Source: an uncultured Prevotellaceae bacterium
Lineage (GTDB): Bacteria; Bacteroidota; Bacteroidia; Bacteroidales; Bacteroidaceae
Direction of reading: 5' to 3'
Assembly (NCBI GenBank): GCA_902778535.1
Contig: CACYYG010000003.1
Coordinates: forward strand, 13,345-77,344
DNA: 64,000 nucleotides
The translations under genes and the position numbers were made by a program. The notes under the pieces were generated by a model. It was not told the origin of the DNA. It was given only the letters and a program-made list of their open reading frames with translations, and searched no databases. Every line of letters starts with the position of its first letter. The stretch's first letter is position 1. This document shows positions 1 to 7,334 of this stretch, piece after piece.

Positions 1-3000
1 ACCACAAGTGTCAGTAGGGTGGTGTCATCGAAGTCATATTCCTTTATCTTGGAGAACTTTCCACTGCTCAGGAACTTGAAGAATCCGATTGGCTCAACAT
101 AATTTTCGGGATCTTCCCATTCCGACAGTACATTCTTTCTGATTCTGCTTGTCTTAATTGCATCTTCTTTCGATGTTACAAGAGGGGCATTTACAGCAAC
201 AATTTCTTGATTGGGGATAGGAATGGCCTCCTGGACTTCTTCAACAACAGGAACAGCTTGCAGTTTACGGCTTACTCTCTGGTACTCATTGAACTGTATT
301 TCGTTGAGTCTTCTCTTCGTGCCTGCCTTGCGGACATACCACTCATTCTTGTAAGGCAGTCCCGATTGTATAGGTAGGATTTCTAAAATTAGGACATCCT
401 TATCCGTGTTATCTTCATCGAAGCAGATTCTCTTTATGTATGTTGTGGCAATACTGTTATCCCATTCCAGAGCGACCGCATCGACTATCGACCTAACATA
501 TTTTTCTTTATCGCCGTAATAAAGCGACGTATTCAAGTCATCTTCCACGCCTATACCATATCCGAAGTTGTTTACTCCAATGTAAAGTGTACCACCTCTG
601 GTGTTGAAGAAAGAATCAATCACCTTCAGTATCTCATCTTTTTGCTTCTCTGGATTGGGTAGACCACTATTATCATCAGCTGCAAACACGAAACTTGTTT
701 TGTACTCCGTTTCCTCAGTCTCTTCTCCTGTGCCATAGAGCTTCAACCCTGTCTCATATCCCTTCAGATTCAGTAATTGGATTATTTTGTTGTGGATATT
801 TGTGGCACTGCTTTCCAATCTGTTTGCCTTGGTGATATTATATGCCAAAACAAGGGATGCCAGGTTTTTCAATGACATATTTGTATTAGCGAGAGTTACT
901 AAATCCATGTTATGCTCTTCCCTGCCAATGAAGCTGACTGTTTGGAGTTGCATGAATCTATCCCTCAATACTACATTATTACTGAAAAGCTCAGCATTAG
1001 CATTTGCGAGTTGTGTCAGTTTATCTTCATCAACCTTTGAATTCTGGGCGAAATCATGGAGCATGGTTATGATATCCATCCTGCCCTTATAGTAAGCTGC
1101 CTGAGATTCCCAACCAATCAAAAGGCATAGGAGTCTTGCAAAGCCTAGATAATTGTATGACTTGACGTACTCCGAATCTATCAGGGCCATCCTGTCAATC
1201 ATGTAGATAACTTCTCTTACATACGATTCATCGATCAGTTTATCGCTCTCCAATATCTGATCTTCCTCCTCCTCCGAAATTTTCTCTGGTATTTTGCCGA
1301 CACTGGCATCTTCCATGAGATTTTTGAAAGCAGTGTTCAGGTCAAAATCAAACGATGTGAAATCCACGATGTCACAGGATATATGGAATGTGCCAGAACC
1401 TGAGCCTTTCAGTCTGCATCGGACTATACTGTTCTTGCCTATTCCTTCAAAATCACCTGCATTTCTGATACTTACGCTGACACCTTCTTTTGTGATCGCA
1501 GGAGCGTTTCCATACATGTTCGGAGTGTTACCTACAGAACAAATGATATCTTCATCATCTGAATAATAGTCGTTGCCAAAATAGTTCTTCAAATCATCGA
1601 GCATGGAGAAATGGAACAGATCATCTTCCACGTCGATAATCTGTGCTTGGAAAACGTAACGGCTACCGTCTGAGGCATAGAAGTGGCGGAGTGAAGTAGT
1701 AATGGAGTACCCTACGATGTCGTTTATATAGATGAAACCATTGCCACCAATCTCGTCCTCTATCTGACAGTAGTATTTACTCCTGTCATCAATATCTTGC
1801 CCGGTAAAGGTAATCTTTACAGTATCATCTAATCGGTGCTGCTTTTTGTTTTTCTTTGCAACAACCAAAGGTTTCTTGTTACTATTGAAGAATTCTGATT
1901 CTATCTCTTGCCAAACGGACTGGTATGGGCTTATATCATTAGACTTGACGGACGATAAACTCGTTTCAGTCTTTGTAGGTAAGAATACCTGTAGGTTTTT
2001 CCATAGCCCCAAATCACTTGGAAACACAGGACGGAGGCTCTCTTTATCACCTGCTGTTTGCAGATGAATTCCATTACCTGAGATAACAAGTCTTCCGTTG
2101 CCCTGGGAGAAGGAGTTTATCGTGTCTATGTTAGCACAAGGAGAACTGTAGATGTAATGGGGCAGCATCTTCACTGCATCTAGCGAATACACTGGAAGCT
2201 TTGCAGACGAATGGAATAAGTTATAATATGCCGCGTTAACATGTTTTTCAGAACTAGATGGATAAAGGTAAGATGACAGCACGCACAATCTTGCGGCGTT
2301 AAGCCGATAATCTGCAACACCAGACATATTTGAATCCTTGATGAGTAGCAGTTGGATAGCCAATGCCAACATATTGGTGTCAATTAACGCCTGGTTATCT
2401 TTGGTTTTGTCAATCCTACCGTCACATTCTCTTATATAGAGTTCAAGCAATTTTATCAAAGCACTGCTAAATGGCTCTCTTTCCCATATTTTGATGTCTT
2501 TGTTGCTGATGATGTCTAACAGCTCTTTTATCCGACTGTTCATCAGGTCTGGCCTGCGTAGGAATAGGGCAGATAGAATATTAAAGTTCTTTGTTGGATG
2601 ATAAACAAAACCAGATACCTTTAGTTTATTGAAAATGTTGTCGATAAATTGAGTAGGTGTATCTTGTTCCGTCGTTTCATTTCCGATAAGTTCAGCAGCC
2701 CTTATGTAATAGCCGATTTGCTCAATGAGGGAAGTAAGCCTCTCTTGATAGAAGTCCCTTTCATTATAGCTGCAAATATTTAGAAGATCAGACAGCTCTA
2801 ATAAGTCAGAGCAATCTCGTCTTACTGTTTGTAAATCCATTTTTTTGTTTAATAAGCTTTGGATCCATCGATGGCATTGGGATTCATAGGATTTTTCTTT
2901 TTCTTCGGTAAGTAATAACTTAACAAACTCTTTTGTATTCCAAGATATTTCTCTGGATTCAAGTAATTCGGTTAGTTTGCCTTCAGTCAGGTTGTCATTG

Positions 3001-3245
3001 CTTTGCTCAAACTCGCTTATGTCTACAAGTTCAATTTTAGGATGCTTTTCGCTAACTGCTAACACCCGACATTTCACTGTTTGTCCCTTAAACAGTATAA
3101 GTTTTGCCGTACCTTGGAGATATGACGTTATTCCTGTTTTCTCATCGATTAATTCACAATAGTTATTGAACAGTGATTTTACTTTGTAATCAATTATGTC
3201 ACCTATTTTATAGGCTTGGCGTGGGGTTTGTTTCTCTTGCTCCAT
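1..3245 (-). CDS. Large (>1080 aa, 3'-truncated by the window edge) protein with S1/OB-like domains and an AlbA_2 (Schlafen-like) domain
   Basis: Manual translation of the minus strand gives one open frame from ATG 3245 (alternative ATG 3293) to position 1; it is absent from the ORF track because its stop lies outside the window. N-terminus YKIGDIIDYKVKSL...GQTVKCRVLAV is S1-like; ~725-320 reads ETEYKTSFVF...ILKVIDSFFNTRGGTLYIGVNNFGYGIGV, the AlbA_2 signature. Confidence 0.85.
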   Translation of the reverse strand, partial: MEQEKQTPRQAYKIGDIIDYKVKSLFNNYCELIDEKTGITSYLQGTAKLILFKGQTVKCRVLAVSEKHPKIELVDISEFEQSNDNLTEGKLTELLESREISWNTKEFVKLLLTEEKEKSYESQCHRWIQSLLNKKMDLQTVRRDCSDLLELSDLLNICSYNERDFYQERLTSLIEQIGYYIRAAELIGNETTEQDTPTQFIDNIFNKLKVSGFVYHPTKNFNILSALFLRRPDLMNSRIKELLDIISNKDIKIWEREPFSSALIKLLELYIRECDGRIDKTKDNQALIDTNMLALAIQLLLIKDSNMSGVADYRLNAARLCVLSSYLYPSSSEKHVNAAYYNLFHSSAKLPVYSLDAVKMLPHYIYSSPCANIDTINSFSQGNGRLVISGNGIHLQTAGDKESLRPVFPSDLGLWKNLQVFLPTKTETSLSSVKSNDISPYQSVWQEIESEFFNSNKKPLVVAKKNKKQHRLDDTVKITFTGQDIDDRSKYYCQIEDEIGGNGFIYINDIVGYSITTSLRHFYASDGSRYVFQAQIIDVEDDLFHFSMLDDLKNYFGNDYYSDDEDIICSVGNTPNMYGNAPAITKEGVSVSIRNAGDFEGIGKNSIVRCRLKGSGSGTFHISCDIVDFTSFDFDLNTAFKNLMEDASVGKIPEKISEEEEDQILESDKLIDESYVREVIYMIDRMALIDSEYVKSYNYLGFARLLCLLIGWESQAAYYKGRMDIITMLHDFAQNSKVDEDKLTQLANANAELFSNNVVLRDRFMQLQTVSFIGREEHNMDLVTLANTNMSLKNLASLVLAYNITKANRLESSATNIHNKIIQLLNLKGYETGLKLYGTGEETEETEYKTSFVFAADDNSGLPNPEKQKDEILKVIDSFFNTRGGTLYIGVNNFGYGIGVEDDLNTSLYYGDKEKYVRSIVDAVALEWDNSIATTYIKRICFDEDNTDKDVLILEILPIQSGLPYKNEWYVRKAGTKRRLNEIQFNEYQRVSRKLQAVPVVEEVQEAIPIPNQEIVAVNAPLVTSKEDAIKTSRIRKNVLSEWEDPENYVEPIGFFKFLSSGKFSKIKEYDFDDTTLLTLV

Positions 3246-3349
3246 AGGGTTTAGCTCATTTTTCTGGTTTATTGTTTGATAAGATATTACCATCAATATA
3301 CAATTATTCTTTATCACTCAGAATCAAAGGTTCATCAATGGATATTAAG

Positions 3350-3550
3350 CTATTCGGTAATTAAATCTCTTTTTTCACACTCTAGTAACTCTGCAATCTT
3401 GTCTATCGTCGGTAGTGTAGGTTGAGTTATATTACTACACCACTTCGATACTGTAACAGCAGTTACGCCCAACTGTTCAGCAAGCCATACACCAGTCTTG
3501 TCTTTCTCAACCAATACAAGTTTTAGACGATTTAATTTCTTCTTATTCAT
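3350..3550 (-). CDS. XRE/Cro-C1 family HTH transcriptional regulator (66 aa)
   Basis: MNKKKLNRLKLVLVEKDKTGVWLAEQLGVTAVTVSKWCSNITQP is a typical Bacteroidetes HTH_3 protein. True start is ATG 3550, not the track's 3715. Confidence 0.9.
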   Translation of the reverse strand: MNKKKLNRLKLVLVEKDKTGVWLAEQLGVTAVTVSKWCSNITQPTLPTIDKIAELLECEKRDLITE

Positions 3551-3573
3551 ATTTAATTCCTTAAATTTCGATG

Positions 3574-3581
3574 CAAATATA
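3574..3581 (-). promoter_or_regulatory. Bacteroidetes sigmaA -7 box (TATATTTG) for the XRE gene
   Basis: Matches TAnnTTTG on the minus strand, 24 bp upstream of ATG 3550. Confidence 0.6.
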
Positions 3582-3724
3582 ACTATAAAAGTTGAGAACA
3601 GAGAGCATGGCTTATTAAAACTTATTAAAAAGAGTTCTTGTGGGCTTGTTTTGGAGCCAAAATGGAGACAATCTGATTTTTTTTTTCTAATTTTGTACCC
3701 AATAGAAATAAACAATTAGCAAAA

Positions 3725-4696
3725 ATGGAAAAAGCTTGTTTTACGAATATAAGTAGTGAGATAATTTCATTACTTAATAATGCAAAAAGTGAGGTATTGG
3801 TTGCAATGGCATGGTTTACCAGTGCAGAATTATTTGAAGCATTACAATCCTGTATAAGTAGAAAAGTACATGTTGAACTCATTCTGTTAGATAGTCCAAC
3901 AAACTTTATGTATTATGCTCCTGATTTCAATAGACTTCTAACTCCTCATAGCTGTTTAAGAATAGCAAAGCAAGATGTTGGAATTATGCATCATAAATTT
4001 TGTATAATAGACAGCAAGTTGGTAATTACAGGCTCATATAATTGGACATACAGAGCAGAAACCTATAATATCGAAAACGTGTTAATTACAGATGTTTCTT
4101 CCATAGTTTATTCTTATAGACAAGAATTTGACCAGTTGGCTTCAAACATTGAAATTTCAACTTATAGTCCTAGATTAACTTGGAATGAGATTCAACAACG
4201 GGATGATGTGGATGTTCGTGAGATTAATTATGAGATAAAACATATTTGCAAAACTCGAAATCTTCCAGTCATGAATGTTATCAAAGCGAGCACTGTTGTG
4301 CAGGTTGTAGAAACAAAACGTATACCGTATGCAAATAGGTATATTGGTATAGAAGTTATTGATAACAACAAGAATTATTTTGATTCGTTTATTGAACCCA
4401 GGGAGCAGCTTCCAATCAAAACTAAAACTCACAATTTATATTTTGACAGCATGAATGAGACTGTGTTTCCCTGTACATTCATCTGTGGAACTACAAACAA
4501 CAGGGATTCAGCTCAACTTATCAAGGAAGTCAATTTGATTGACCTAACAAAGGGAATTTCAGATCTAAATCTATTGATTCAATTTTCTATGTCGCTAGAT
4601 GTAAATGGAAGTTTACGAATTGACATTACTTGTCCGGCTACTGGCAAAAAAATGATGATAAGTGATATCAACTCTAATTATGTAAAATATGAGTAA
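3725..4696 (+). CDS. Phospholipase D-family (single HKD, Nuc-like) protein fused to a C-terminal Hsp70 substrate-binding-domain-like region
   Basis: HHKFCIID...TGSYNWT HKD motif at ~3989-4050. C-terminus IGIEV...IEPREQLPIK...FSMSLDVNGSLRIDITCPATGKKMMI aligns by eye with DnaK LGIET...IAKNTTIPTK...[26 protein letters not shown]. Confidence 0.8.
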   Translation: MEKACFTNISSEIISLLNNAKSEVLVAMAWFTSAELFEALQSCISRKVHVELILLDSPTNFMYYAPDFNRLLTPHSCLRIAKQDVGIMHHKFCIIDSKLVITGSYNWTYRAETYNIENVLITDVSSIVYSYRQEFDQLASNIEISTYSPRLTWNEIQQRDDVDVREINYEIKHICKTRNLPVMNVIKASTVVQVVETKRIPYANRYIGIEVIDNNKNYFDSFIEPREQLPIKTKTHNLYFDSMNETVFPCTFICGTTNNRDSAQLIKEVNLIDLTKGISDLNLLIQFSMSLDVNGSLRIDITCPATGKKMMISDINSNYVKYE

Positions 4697-7334
4697 AGTA
4701 GTTAGCAAATACAGGTCTATTGTTAGGGAAATAAATAGAGCATTCTATCTATTTCAAGAGCTTTCAAATGATGAATTGAGACATGAGATGATTATGATAG
4801 AGCAGGCTGTCGAGCAAAGTAATTATAAAGCAGACTGCTTAGAGGAAAATCTCGTAAAAGTGTTTGCTATCGTAAAAGAAACTGCAAGACGCTTTTCAGA
4901 AGGGAATATTATCGTTTTAGCAAATGACTACGACAAGTACCTTTCAGAGACGTATGATTTTGTTGTTATAGAAAACGACAAGGCAATATATAAAAACAGG
5001 TGGGATGCTGGCGGAGTACCATTTGAGTGGAACATGGTACACTATGATGAACAGCTATTGGGTGGTATATTACTTCACAATGGTTATGCGGTTGAAATGC
5101 TGACGGGAGAGGGGAAAACTCTTGTCGCCACCCTACCTGTTATGTTGAATGCTCTTACGCATGATGGAGTGCACATGATGACCGTGAATAGCTATTTGTC
5201 AAAGCGAGATTTTGAACTCACACGTCCTTTGTATATGTTCTATGGGCTTACGGCAGACTGTATTGAGTATTATCCTAATGGAAGCGTTAGGCGCAAGAAA
5301 GCCTACAAAGCAGATATTACGTTTGGAACTAATTCTTCATTTACTTTTGATTATTTGTATGATCACCTTGCTATGGACCCTTCAGAATGTGTTCAACAGA
5401 AACACACATTCGCAATCATCGATGAGTTGGATTCAATACTGATTGATGATGCAGGAACTCCACATGTCATAGGCGGTGGCAACTATTATAATCATGGCAA
5501 ATATTATGAGGAGAATCTTCCAATAATAAAAGAACTTTTGGAATCAGGGAACGCTCTTTCTCTCTACGAATCGGATTCTTTGCATAAAAAGGCTGAATTC
5601 ACAAAGGATGGAAAGGCATGGCTTGCTGCAAAAAAACAGATTCCGGATTTATTTGCTGTTGAGAAAACCTATGAAATTGATGATTTTGACGAGCTTATTC
5701 CAACAGAAAAGAATGAATTATTAGAAAAAATGTTCATTCAAAATGTCCTTTATCAGTTGCTCGTTGCTTTTACAGTTTATGAGAAGGATATAGACTATGT
5801 CGTAGATAATGGTAAGATTAAAATAATTGACCAAAATACAGGGCGCATTAAAGAAAGTAACAGGTGGGAACATGGATTGCATTCTGCCATAGAAGTGAAG
5901 GAAGGGGTTAAGGTTCAGGATGATTTTGACGGTATGGCCGTCATATCGTTAAAGAACTATTTCAAGCTATATCACAAAGTCGCAGGTATGTCAGGAACGA
6001 TCATGGCTGTGAAAGACGAGTTGGAAGATGTCTATGGCTTGAAGTGTGAATCATTACCCACCCACAAACCTCTTATCCGCTTAGACATGCCATTACGGGT
6101 TTATAGGACAGAGGAACAAAAAGAAAAAGCTATTATTGATCTCATCATAGAAAACAAGAAAAATGGTCGGCCAACATTGTTAGGATGCATCAACATAAAA
6201 CGTTGTGAAAATATTGCTTGTCTGCTTGAAGTACAAAATATACCATTCAATCGTTTAGATGCTAAAACCATCAAAGGAGAAGCAGTCACCATTGCAAAAG
6301 CCGGAATCGGGAATACTATTACAGTAGCTACAAGCGTTGCAGGACGTGGAACCGACATCAAGCCATCGCAAGATGCGCTCGACAATGGTGGACTGATGGT
6401 CATTGGTACCGATTTGTTTGACTCAGTCAGAATAGACAATCAGTTGAAAGGAAGGACGGGAAGACAAGGCAATCCTGGCTCTTCCGTGTTTTTTGCATCT
6501 TTAGAAGATTCTATACTACAATACCTTAGCAAAGAAGATCAAATCCAATTAGAAATGATTTTTAATAACAAACAGGCCAACGAACTCAATGATACTCAGG
6601 TCTTGTCTTTCTTCGCAAAAGCCCAGTCTAACAGAGAGTCCTTGTCATATCAAAGTAGAGTAAGCACGGCGCGAAAGGATGATGTTGTTGCTCCACGCAG
6701 GTTGAGATTCTATAGCCAGCGTAATGAATTGCTCTTTAATCCAAATAGTGCTATTACGTTAGTTGAACAAATTGCCAAAGCCAACAACGTTCCCATTGAA
6801 ACTATAGACAAACATTTGAACGAATTATACCAGACCACCAAAGAATTACTTAATAGAAGTCTTAGAAATAATCCATACGCTTTACGAGCCTTAGTGGCTT
6901 TCTCTAACAACAGACATTCATTTGCCATCCATTTAAATATTCATTCTGTTATTAATAGTTGTGTTGACTTTGAGACAGAGTTTAAGAGGCAAGTATTACT
7001 GCAAGTCTCAGATAAGGAATGGAAAAAATTTGTCATCTATATGATGGGGGATTTGGATAACCATGAAATCGATTTGCTAGATGAAAGATATGAGAAGATG
7101 ATGGATAAAATAAAAGCCATTGTCCTTAGTAGGCTTACAAATTCCACAATCATTTTCGATGAAAAAAAGCAAGAAGATTACATTTATAGAAAAGAGGAAC
7201 CTTCTTCCGAGCCAGTAAAATCTCATAACACCATTGCCCCCGATGATCCCTGCCCATGTGGCAGCCAAAAAAAATACCGTGAATGTCATGGTCGAGGCAT
7301 TCACGGCACTCCTATGAAGAGACGTAGACGTTAG
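4689..7334 (+). CDS. secA: Divergent SecA paralogue (881 aa) with C-terminal SEC-C motif
   Basis: MVHYDEQLLGG, MLTGEGKT, IIDELDSILIDDA, YFKLYHKVAGMSGT, VATSVAGRGTDIK, DNQLKGRTGRQG and PCPCGSQKKYRECHG. Start overlaps the PLD gene by 8 nt. Confidence 0.9.
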   Translation: MSKVVSKYRSIVREINRAFYLFQELSNDELRHEMIMIEQAVEQSNYKADCLEENLVKVFAIVKETARRFSEGNIIVLANDYDKYLSETYDFVVIENDKAIYKNRWDAGGVPFEWNMVHYDEQLLGGILLHNGYAVEMLTGEGKTLVATLPVMLNALTHDGVHMMTVNSYLSKRDFELTRPLYMFYGLTADCIEYYPNGSVRRKKAYKADITFGTNSSFTFDYLYDHLAMDPSECVQQKHTFAIIDELDSILIDDAGTPHVIGGGNYYNHGKYYEENLPIIKELLESGNALSLYESDSLHKKAEFTKDGKAWLAAKKQIPDLFAVEKTYEIDDFDELIPTEKNELLEKMFIQNVLYQLLVAFTVYEKDIDYVVDNGKIKIIDQNTGRIKESNRWEHGLHSAIEVKEGVKVQDDFDGMAVISLKNYFKLYHKVAGMSGTIMAVKDELEDVYGLKCESLPTHKPLIRLDMPLRVYRTEEQKEKAIIDLIIENKKNGRPTLLGCINIKRCENIACLLEVQNIPFNRLDAKTIKGEAVTIAKAGIGNTITVATSVAGRGTDIKPSQDALDNGGLMVIGTDLFDSVRIDNQLKGRTGRQGNPGSSVFFASLEDSILQYLSKEDQIQLEMIFNNKQANELNDTQVLSFFAKAQSNRESLSYQSRVSTARKDDVVAPRRLRFYSQRNELLFNPNSAITLVEQIAKANNVPIETIDKHLNELYQTTKELLNRSLRNNPYALRALVAFSNNRHSFAIHLNIHSVINSCVDFETEFKRQVLLQVSDKEWKKFVIYMMGDLDNHEIDLLDERYEKMMDKIKAIVLSRLTNSTIIFDEKKQEDYIYRKEEPSSEPVKSHNTIAPDDPCPCGSQKKYRECHGRGIHGTPMKRRRR

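Noticed and set aside
1-160. Possible gyrase/ParC-like beta-propeller start at the truncated end of the AlbA_2 protein
   Set aside because: Only ~50 aa visible; resemblance too weak to support.
787-3162. Short plus-strand ORFs in the track (787, 1294, 1846, 2977) and the minus-strand ORF at 2180
   Set aside because: Shadows of the large minus-strand AlbA_2 gene.
3551-3715. Extended starts in the ORF track (3715, 10295, 18168, 21182, 26315, 28171, 48257)
   Set aside because: They overlap promoters, terminators or upstream genes; downstream ATGs match the family N-termini.
4689-7334. Housekeeping secA or a canonical SecA2/SecY2 system
   Set aside because: Short, divergent, in AT-rich cargo coupled to a PLD gene; no SecY2, Asp proteins or serine-rich substrate in the window.
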